The notes below the pieces were generated by a model, which saw only the letters and a list, made by a program, of their open reading frames with translations, ran no database searches and was not told the DNA's origin. DNA of 64,000 nucleotides, from the NCBI GenBank assembly GCA_035084275.1, contig CM068771.1, positions 4,836,001-4,900,000 on the forward strand, written 5' to 3'. The position numbers and the translations under genes were made by a program. Numbering within the stretch: position 1 is the stretch's first letter; every line of letters begins with the position of its first letter. Positions 12,755-21,810 of this stretch are shown piece after piece. Source of the DNA: Hydrolagus colliei (taxonomy: Eukaryota).

Positions 12755-13125
12755 ACAACAGCAAAATTACATTTTTACAGCGCTTTTCATGTCAGGAGAA
12801 TATCCCAAGGTGTTGGAGAGATACTGCTTCAGACCCGAGCTGAGAACAGGGGTGGGCGGGTGGGAGGAGTTGCCGATGGGTCCATCGAAGAGGAGAGTCT
12901 TGAGGTGAGACTTGAAGGAGGCCAGGGAGTGGGTGAAGCAGAGGGACTCCGGGATGGAGTTCCAGAGGTTGGGAGCAGTGTGACTGAAGGCTCGCCCACC
13001 AATGGATGTGCGGGTGAGTTGGGGGATGTGGAGCAGGCCAGAACCTGCTGAATGGAGGTGGGGGAAGGTTGATAAGGAGATAGGAGGTCACGGATGTAAG
13101 GTGGGGCAAGGTTGTGGAGGGTCTT
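12755..13125 (-). mobile_element. L2 LINE 3' fragment
   Basis: Similar to 452-700 and the 3' tail. Confidence 0.8.
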
Positions 13126-13218
13126 TAAATAACAAACAACAAACCCCAAATTGTATTCATATAGCACTTTCCATGTCTAGAGAATGTCCCAAAGCCCTGG
13201 ATAGTCGAAGGTTTATAC

Positions 13219-13437
13219 AAGAATCTGGAATGCATTGCCTGAAAAGGTGGTGGAGGCTGATTCGATAACAACTTTTAAAAGGGAATTAGATCTTTATTTA
13301 GGGAGAACAGGTCTATTAGGCTATGGGGAGCGGGCAGGGCAGTGGGATTGAATCGCTCTTTTCAAAGAGCCGGCACAGACTAGATGGGCTGAATGGCCTC
13401 CTTTTGTGCCGTAAAATTCTATGAATCTATGAATCTA
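13219..13437 (+). mobile_element. CR1 3' fragment
   Basis: Matches 10889-11100. Confidence 0.9.
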
Positions 13438-14876
13438 AGAGCTGGGAGTGAAAAGATGAACAATGGTACTGCCAAAAAGGAAGGTCCTATGACCTTGAAG
13501 GAAATGAGGGAAGGACAAGAGTGCAGGGATTGTAGAATGATGTTCCAGTGTGTGGTCTGAATGTCTGACTGCTATTATTGGGGTGGCTGGGGGACAGAAG
13601 ACCTGATGTAAGCCAGTATGCAAAAGGATAGTTTGTCAAGCGAGGGGGACCTGTGATTGATTTCTAGGTGGGGAGAAAAATTAGGCGTCAGTAGTAATCC
13701 AGTTGGTAGTCAAGTGGCAGGTGGCTTTCTGGAGGAAATAATTCCGTCAAATATTTTTAAATACCATATATACCAATTTGGTCACTCAATCCACAATTGT
13801 TTGTGAAGCACTGCTATAAACTGTCATATAAAGTCAATTTACATTACAGTATATTTTTATTCTGTGAGGCACTTTGAGGCACTATATCAAGTGCAAGGAC
13901 AATTATTATTATTTTTTGAATGTCAGAAATGTTGTCTACAGTCTTTGCAAAACAATTAACTATGTTTCTGTTGCTGGTGCAGAGAAACTTTTACAAACTA
14001 GATGTCAGAGGACAAATGAACACGTCAAACCCAAATTTGGAATATCATACAATATTAAGAAACAAATAGAATGACACCATACTGTACTGTAGCAGTTAGC
14101 AATGCTTCTTATCCACCATTTCAACATGGATAAATGACACCAGCTGAATAGGAACAGGAGGCCATTCAATTACTTGAGCCTGTTCCGCCATTCTATAAAA
14201 TCATCACTAATCTGTACCTTAACTCCAATTATAACAACTGCAACAAATTACACTTGTGCAATGTCTTTCATGTTAGAAAGATGTCCCACACTGCTGGACA
14301 TTCAGGGGTTTTGGACCTGAGCTGTAAATTGAGGGCAGAAGGGAAGGAGAGCGGGTGGGGTGCGGGTGTGGGGGGTGGTGGCCAAAGGCATGATTGAAGA
14401 GGCAAGACTTCAGATGGCAATTGGAGAAAGCAAGAGAGAGGGTGAGTCAGGAGTCGGAGGGATTAAGTTCCAGAGTGTGGGAGCAGAGATGCTGCCAATA
14501 GTGGGAAGTATGGGGAACTGAAGCAGGCCAGTGTCCAATGAGCGGAGGAACAAATTACCCACTTTGGGGCAAATTACCTGTTTTTGCCCCATAGTCATTG
14601 ATACTCTGACCTAACAAAAATCTACCCACCTCAGTCTTAAAAATTGAAATGGATAATAATAATAAACCTTACATTTGATACAGTGCTTTTTACATATTAC
14701 ATTCTGTATCTATATAGAATATATTGTAAAGCGAATTGACTGTATATTTGTGGGCAAAACTCAGCAACCAATTGTGAACAGCAGTGTCCCACAAACAGTC
14801 GTGGATTGAAGTAACCAATTTATTTGGGGGGTTTTCAACGGATTATTACGTGGCATGTGGAATAAGGAAACATGCC

Positions 14877-15364
14877 TGTTGGAATGTAGCAGTTTTGTGT
14901 GTGACTCTGTAACAACACGTTTGTGTTTATCTGGCAGTTTAGACTGATTTAGACCAGATAACTATGTATTGTAGAAATATAACAAGTGTGTGTGACCATT
15001 GGATCAGATAACTTTGTAGTGCAGAAAGATAACAAGTGTGTGTGACCATTGGATCAGATACCTTTGTAGTGTAGAAAGATAACAAAGTGTGTGTGACCAT
15101 TGGATAACGCTCCTAATATGGGCATGTTGGTTGGGCAATACTGTCTTAACTGATTGGGTCCTGTAGGACAAAGAAAGCAAACTGAGTATATATGTGTTGA
15201 ATCCTCCAAGATTCAACGGTTCGAACTAACAAGTAACTATTCGAATCACAAGAGGAGTGCCTGTACTATAACTGGGATGTAGTACTGAATAAAAAGATCA
15301 TAAAACTCTATGATGACTGAAGATCGTTCCTTTGAGAAAACTCCCATTTCTTCCGAATCCAACA
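14877..15364 (+). repeat. 5' LTR (488 bp)
   Basis: TGTT...AACA; three ~50-bp U3 repeats each with CCATTGG; TATA-like TATATAT near 15187; AATAAA at 15288-15293. Confidence 0.97.
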
Positions 15365-15367
15365 ATT

Positions 15368-15385
15368 TGGCGTAGTCGGCAGGAT
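15368..15385 (+). promoter_or_regulatory. Primer-binding site complementary to tRNA-Ser
   Basis: TGGCGTAGTCGGCAGGAT is the reverse complement of the vertebrate tRNA-Ser(AGA/TGA) 3' end ATCCTGCCGACTACGCCA. Confidence 0.9.
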
Positions 15386-15884
15386 CACAGAAGGTAACAA
15401 GGACAGACATTGAACACGGATTGCCTAAGGTGAATCGGTAAAGGTGTATGGCTCGATTGATAAGGGCGGAACACGGTCTACCCCAGAAACGGTAAAGGTG
15501 TACGACTTGATTGATAAGGGCGGAACACGGTCTACCTCAGTTGAATCGGTAAAGGTGTACGACTTGGTTAACAAGGGCGGAACACGGGCTACCCCTGATA
15601 AAGTTACGGAATCTTTCTTAAAATTCCTCGGCACGTGTGGAACTGTTTGAACCTTCTCGTGATTCTTAAAGAAAGAACCGGATTTGCAGAAGACAAGAAA
15701 ACAAAGTGCGGTCAGACGTAATCTCGACGTAAGAAATATCTCTTTTGTTTGAGTTTGGATCCTTAGGAGACGTTATACAAGCGGGTTTTAGGTTTTAGAA
15801 AATTACCAAGTTTGAGAAGCCCATTCAGATCCTCGGGGTGTAATCCTCTATCGGCGTTGAAATTGCCTACGGCCTCAAGAAAAA

Positions 15885-17597
15885 ATGGTAAAAATGGTAG
15901 AAAAAAAAAGTGAAAAAAACACTTTACACAAAGGAGGGCAGGCACCTCCGGACGTGTCTGAAACCGAAATGTTGTGCGAACTAACACAAATCTTCCAGAA
16001 AAATATGAACTTACTTAAGCTCCAGCAGACTTTGGAAAATAAATATAACATGGGAACGGGACAGTGGTCTTTACCCAATATACAAAAATTATGGGGAAAA
16101 ACTACCCGCTCAAAGGGGAACGACCAGACAAGGTTGGCGATGATTGTCATGAGTCAGCTACGACAACGGAGTGAAATTATGCGTAATACCCAGTACGATA
16201 CAGATATGAAGAAAGCAAAGGAACAATTAAATGCAATGGCAGAACAATTGAGTAAAAAGCAAGCTGAAATTGAAAAGCTTAAAACTGAACTGTTTAAGCA
16301 AAAGGAGAAGGGTGTAAAAACATCGAGCGCTCCATCGGTACCGTATCAATCAGTATATCCATATTTAAATGTGTTACATGCATCTATTCCATCTTTACCT
16401 CCTGAGTATGCCAGTGATTATGAGTGTGATCCTTGGGACCCGTCGACTTGTCTACCGGACCCTTGGGGGGATGATAACCGTCCACCGCAATTGAGACCTA
16501 TGGTCACCCGATATCGTGCCCGGCGCGGACAGGGACCAGGAGGTCCGCCGGCAGCACGACCTGAAGAAGGGGCGAACGTCGGTCCGGTGGGTGGGGCTCA
16601 GGCATTCGGAGCTGTTTGGGTACCTTTTCATGAACACCAACCTGCCGATCCGGACAGAATCGACAAATGGTCAAAAGCATTGCCAGACCCAAAGAAAGGG
16701 TCATTGAAGACATGGGAAGAGCTTAACCGAATACGCACCATCTATCGGCTGCATCCTCAAGATGGTGTGCAAGTTTTGTCAGTAATGGCAACCGGTCGAA
16801 ACACCCAAGAATTGCAACAACAAGTTTATACCGCATTGGGCGAAAATGGAAATAATTTGAACGCTGGATGGGGAGCGATCAGACAATGGCTGAGAAATCA
16901 AGGTCCGGCCCGGGTGGACTGGAAGAAAATATCAGGCTGTACCCAAGAACCGACCGAAACGGTTGCTCAGTTTGATGAGCGCTTCAGGGCTGTGTGGATT
17001 GAACATTCGGGACTGGCTAACAACATGCAAAATGCAGACTTAGATGCTAACGAGGAGGGTCCTTTGAAACCATCTTTCATGGCCGGACTCAAAGGGGAAA
17101 TATCAAAATTGGTAAAATTAACGTTGCCCCTGTGGGAAGAACAAGGAGTAACGTTCGGTCAGTTGGTTGCACGCTGTATCCAAGTCGATAGGGACCAAGG
17201 GGTACAACTACGAGCATTTCAACGAGGAGAGAGAACTTCAGCGGGACAGTCATCCTTTGGACATAAACCTGGCAAATGCCGCAGATGTGGTAAAGAAGGT
17301 CACTGGGCTAAAACGTGCCGTGTTCGAATGAATGGGAATGGCGGCAACTTTAAAGCGTTTTCAAATAAGCAAAATCAGGATGATGACTGTGATGAGATAC
17401 ATAAACCTCGATCAAATCGGGAGCGTTTTGAAAGTCTTTCCTCTCGAATGCAGCGAGCCCTGTTGAATGCCGCTGAAGAAATTAACAAATGCTGTAGGTC
17501 CTGCTTCTCGACAGGTGTCGACGGCTTGGGGAGATTCACCAAAGGGAGGACACGATTTGGTCCCGGGAGAACGAGTGTATATCAAGAAGATACATAA
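15885..17597 (+). CDS. gag: Retroviral Gag (570 aa, open; last ~38 codons read through the deletion into an alternative IN frame)
   Basis: Late-domain-like YPYL and PPEY, MHR-like TQEPTETVAQFDERF, zinc knuckle CRRCGKEGHWAKTC. Confidence 0.93.
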   Translation: MVKMVEKKSEKNTLHKGGQAPPDVSETEMLCELTQIFQKNMNLLKLQQTLENKYNMGTGQWSLPNIQKLWGKTTRSKGNDQTRLAMIVMSQLRQRSEIMRNTQYDTDMKKAKEQLNAMAEQLSKKQAEIEKLKTELFKQKEKGVKTSSAPSVPYQSVYPYLNVLHASIPSLPPEYASDYECDPWDPSTCLPDPWGDDNRPPQLRPMVTRYRARRGQGPGGPPAARPEEGANVGPVGGAQAFGAVWVPFHEHQPADPDRIDKWSKALPDPKKGSLKTWEELNRIRTIYRLHPQDGVQVLSVMATGRNTQELQQQVYTALGENGNNLNAGWGAIRQWLRNQGPARVDWKKISGCTQEPTETVAQFDERFRAVWIEHSGLANNMQNADLDANEEGPLKPSFMAGLKGEISKLVKLTLPLWEEQGVTFGQLVARCIQVDRDQGVQLRAFQRGERTSAGQSSFGHKPGKCRRCGKEGHWAKTCRVRMNGNGGNFKAFSNKQNQDDDCDEIHKPRSNRERFESLSSRMQRALLNAAEEINKCCRSCFSTGVDGLGRFTKGRTRFGPGRTSVYQEDT

Positions 17598-17721
17598 AAA
17601 TCCGTTAGGTGCTAAGTGGGAAGGTCCCTACATGGTGTTGCTGACAACTCCTGCTGCAGTAAAAGTGGAAGGAAGGAAGGCTTGGATTCACGCGGCACAT
17701 GTGAAACGCTCCACTGTTTAA
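17476..17721 (+). pseudogene. pol: Integrase C-terminal remnant; PR, RT, RNase H and IN core deleted
   Basis: PGERVYIK..KWEGPYMVLLTTPAAVKVEGRKAWIHAAHVK is the class I IN C-terminal (GPY/F) motif. Confidence 0.88.
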
Positions 17722-17807
17722 GAACTTGTATTGTTTAAGCCACTGTGTGTTGATAATTTTTTTAAAAAAAAATTAGAATACTTTCATTTCTGTCAATATG
17801 AATAGGG

Positions 17808-18179
17808 ATGGTAACGGTAACCACGTCCCAACAGGGAGAAGCCCACGCTATCGATAAGCACAATGTGGCAGTTAATACCTATTTGTTAATGACACTTAAA
17901 ACCTCCATTGCCACAAATCGTACAAAATGTTGGGTTTGTAAGATTCCCCATAGTACAAAGGAAGGTTTTCCAATAAGGGTTGTTCCTTTTAATGTCACAA
18001 TGATGTTACAGTGGTTATTGTGTCAAAACAATATTGGTAATGTTACTGAATTTGAAATGGACACGAATGGGCCAGTTTTGCCCAAACAGCTGGAATCAGC
18101 TGGTTATTCCTCGACTCAGTTTTCGGGATGGTATCACCCGGACTATAAGGATACTTCACCAAGCCCTTCCCCCTTTATC
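17808..18179 (+). pseudogene. env: Env SU N-terminal remnant
   Basis: NRTKCWVC (CWxC motif) and N-glycosylation sequons; interrupted by an ectopic PPT/U3 copy. Confidence 0.8.
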
Positions 18180-18269
18180 TCAACAGTATTATGTTTAGAT
18201 TGTTGTGACAGAGTCACAAAAGAGGGGATTATGGGAATGTAGCAGTTTTGGGTGTGACTCTGTAACAAC

Positions 18270-18528
18270 CTATATCCCCGATGAGTCTGAAAATATTACC
18301 AATCTAGTATCTCACATGCATAGAGAAGTAAATAGGCTTAGATACGGCGATCCCCTTCCGGCCTGGTGGAAAGCCTGGTTGGAGGGATGGGGAGCCTGGT
18401 TCATGCACGTGCTAGTTATTGTGATAGCATTGTTATTAATCTTTTGTGTAATAATACAATGTATAAAGGTTTGCCTTAATCGTTTGGGCTTCTGTTGCAC
18501 CAGGTGTTTCGTTGTCGCTTTTACATAA
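18270..18528 (+). pseudogene. env: Env TM C-terminal remnant
   Basis: TYIPDESENIT, then W-rich region, membrane anchor VLVIVIALLLIFCVII and Cys-rich tail. Confidence 0.82.
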
Positions 18529-18572
18529 GCAACATCAACAGTATTATGTTTAGATTGTTGTGACAGAGTCAC

Positions 18573-18583
18573 AAAAGGGGGGA
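18573..18583 (+). other. Polypurine tract
   Basis: AAAAGGGGGGA immediately before the 3' LTR. Confidence 0.9.
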
Positions 18584-18584
18584 T

Positions 18585-19072
18585 TGTTGGAATGTAGCAG
18601 TTTTGTGTGTGACTCTGTAACAACACGTTTGTGTTTATCTGGCAGTTTAGACTGATTTAGACCAGATAACTATGTATTGTAGAAATATAACAAGTGTGTG
18701 TGACCATTGGATCAGATAACTTTGTAGTGCAGAAAGATAACAAGTGTGTGTGACCATTGGATCAGATACCTTTGTAGTGTAGAAAGATAACAAAGTGTGT
18801 GTGACCATTGGATAACGCTCCTAATATGGGCATGTTGGTTGGGCAATACTGTCTTAACTGATTGGGTCCTGTAGGACAAAGAAAGCAAACTGAGTATATA
18901 TGTGTTGAATCCTCCAAGATTCAACGGTTCGAACTAACAAGTAACTATTCGAATCACAAGAGGAGTGCCTGTACTATAACTGGGATGTAGTACTGAATAA
19001 AAAGATCATAAAACTCTATGATGACTGAAGATCGTTCCTTTGAGAAAACTCCCATTTCTTCCGAATCCAACA
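18585..19072 (+). repeat. 3' LTR (488 bp)
   Basis: No difference from the 5' LTR found on line-by-line comparison. Confidence 0.97.
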
Positions 19073-19270
19073 ATGCCCAAGGTTTTGCCCTTCTTGGAAT
19101 TGAACCCATTTGCAAGACGAGTGCTCCAACTTAAAGCCACCTTCGGGGATTAGATCAAGACCAGAGCAGACTTGGCTGTAATTAACCCATAAAAATAAGT
19201 TCAAAAGATTACTTAGTAATTGAAAATTCCAAGGTGCAGCCCAGTGAAGGGGAGCGAAAAGCGTACTTAC

Positions 19271-19615
19271 CTTCAACAAGTAAATATCTGAAGTAGACCT
19301 CAGAACTAGTTGATTGTCTGTGTGTTATTTCAAGCAGGTAATACCCAGTGTCCAGTTTTGTTAAGCGTTGCAGTGTGAGAGATCCATCGGTTGAATTTAT
19401 CTGTATTCTAGTTTGATAATACGCGTTAACTTCAATTTGAAGAGAAGTGTATTGATACCTGAGAATCATTGACTTCTTGACAGGGGTGAGATAGTACCAA
19501 TTGATTACATCCATATTTTTGAGTTGTTTATGTAGAACTCCAGGCAGTAAGATGAATGAATGTGTAGCAGCAAAAAAATTATTGGGATCCTTGGGCGTAG
19601 AAGTCATTGAAATAC
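19271..19615 (-). CDS. Gene 1 Ig V-type exon (345 nt), Cys-less CD2/CEACAM-N-like domain
   Basis: cttgcag|GT...GAAG|gtaagt; contains INWYY, RIQIN..DGSLTLQRL..DTGYY. Confidence 0.92.
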
Positions 19616-20065
19616 CTGCAAGAAAATTAATCAACATCAAATGAGTCTAATGTTTTCTATAAAAAAGGTCAAAAGAACACTTAGCGATTGAGAATTCCAT
19701 GATGCAGTCCAGTGGAAGGAAGCAAAGCAAACTTATTATTTAAACTTAATAATAATACTTTCATTGGCTACAGATCCTTGCCAGATCATTGAAACATCTC
19801 AAAGCACTTCACCGAATATACTTCAAAGTAGATTGACTGTACATTTTATGGATGAAACTCGGCAGTCAATAATGCTGTGCAGTGTCCGACAAACAGTCAT
19901 GAATTAAGTGACAAATTGTCATATTTTTAAGGCATTATTACCCCAGAAAAGGATCCACTAATTGACTAACAAATGGGTTCCTACTCAATGTAGGTAAACA
20001 GAGGTAAGGCAACTTGGGTGAGATTTTGACCCACCCTAGATTTGAACATTGGTCGACTCACTTAC

Positions 20066-20476
20066 GAGGAAAATGATCACAATGAGTGTGTATTTGTAAT
20101 AACAAAGAAAGGGATGACTGATGTAATTCAATAAACCAGACAATTGTAAATCTGGGACAGGAGCACTTATCTTGCTTAAAATTTATGGTACTCATTTCAA
20201 TACCTGGCTCCAAAAGGACATTTCTGACCTCTTTCAAATGTACCAATGGCTGAGACTTATCAGTTGCTTTAATCTTCTCTGTGTCATGTCCACCAATGGT
20301 AAGATTTGATGTGATACTATCGGATAAAACTGCGGTTTTATTTATTTGTGGTACATTAACCCACAAGTGCGCACCTTGACTTTGATGATTTTCATTTGGA
20401 AATCCAGGTGATACAACTGAGAAGTTTTCAGTGCCGGAAACAAATTTTTCTTTCAGAGCAACGCGCTCTGAATAAC
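20066..20476 (-). CDS. Putative extra or cassette exon of gene 1 (411 nt, 137 codons, phase 1-1)
   Basis: Strong acceptor tttttgtaaatttttctag, donor CTC|gtaagt, fully open, 450 nt upstream of the V exon; no clear counterpart in gene 2. Confidence 0.5.
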
Positions 20477-20679
20477 CTAGAAAAATTTACAAAAAAAGAG
20501 GGGTGTCAGCCACATGTGGAAATCCATCACCACACACAGAGTCTCCAAAAGCAAGGCGTGAATTATTACATCCCAACAATGGTAATCCCAGAAAGAGATT
20601 GTTGAAATGAAATATTCATACCATCCCGTGAGGTAATGCATCCTGCTTACCTAATGCTGGAGATTAGTGCTTACTTGCA

Positions 20680-21040
20680 TAGTTCTTGCATTTCATATAG
20701 CAACTTATCACATCTTTGAGACATCTAAAACTGCTTCACTGAACACACTGTAAAGTGAATTGACTGTATATCTTGTGGGCAAAAGGTGGCAGGCAATTTA
20801 TGCACAACAGTGTCCCACAAATAATTATGGATTTAAGTAATCAATTTATTATTTTTATTTAGCAATTAATATGCCTAGAAATGTGATCCAACTGATGAAC
20901 AATCAGATTCCTACTTACTGCTAAACAGAGGTAAACAGAGTGTATGGAGTCTGGAAATTTGCCCATTCTACCTTGCTGGGAACCTGATATCTTGCTTGCG
21001 AGAGTGCTCTAACCACAGAGTTAGACAGCTATTAGGTGCA
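20680..21040 (-). mobile_element. SINE copy
   Basis: Same family. Confidence 0.75.
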
Positions 21041-21810
21041 GAGTTGCACTCATTTACACCAAGTATAAGTTTTGTGAAGCCTAATATAAACACAAAATTT
21101 AACAGGACTTGGGCTGATGTATCATTTAGGGGATTATACAAGTTTTATTATACTTCTGAAAACAATTATCTTCATTCTTCCACATGCTTCAATTATTGAT
21201 CAGTGCACCATATAAAAACACACACATGCGGGTAACAGGAAGTTGTGAACAACACTTTGTATTCAGCTGTAAAAGTGTAATATATGATTGTTTTTTCTGC
21301 TCTCCTTCCCCTTACCTCAGCAACGCCCCCTTATCCTCTTTTCCCCCTGGCCCCATTGCCACGACTGTTTGTGAGACACTGCTGTGCACAATTTGGCTGC
21401 CGCGTTTCTCCCACAAATATAGTCAGATTCTTACTTTCCTTCCCCCAACTAAACTTCCCCCCACCACCCTGCTCTGGTCCCTATCTTGGGACTTTGTTAT
21501 ATTCTGTGAAGCGCTTTGAGACGTCGATAAGATGTGGAAAGTACTATATAAGTGTAAGGATTATTATTATACAGTAGTTGCAGATGTGGCCTCAGTTGCA
21601 GGTGTGCGGTGTGTAGGTGTAGCTGGGTTGCAGTTACCCTATAAATGTATTTGCAGCTGTGGCTGTAATTATGGATGTGGCTTTGCTGTAGTTGTAGTGA
21701 CGGCTGTTCCTGTGCTGTGACCTACAGTTATACTTGTGGCTATGCTGTAGATCAACAACAGCAGAAATATAATTATAGAGCGCTTTACACGTCGGAAAGA
21801 TGTCCCAAGG

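Larger units (their letters stand above)
14877..19072 (+). mobile_element. Endogenous retrovirus (class I-like), 4196 bp, internally deleted, very recent
   Basis: TG...CA LTRs, 5-bp TSD ATGCC (14872-14876 and 19073-19077), PBS, PPT, gag, IN and env remnants; inserted into a SINE. Confidence 0.97.
14655..19135 (-). mobile_element. SINE copy split by the ERV (14655-14876 and 19073-19135)
   Basis: GGAATAAGGAAAC-ATGCC-CAAGG is rejoined when the provirus is removed. Confidence 0.8.

Noticed and set aside
14955-15600. CRISPR-like or other regularly spaced arrays in the LTR and leader
   Set aside because: These are plain tandem triplications without unique spacers, in a eukaryotic provirus.
15444-15650. 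Accessory ORF upstream of gag (like epsilonretrovirus orf C)
   Set aside because: Only 68 aa, made of the leader repeats, with no recognisable motif.
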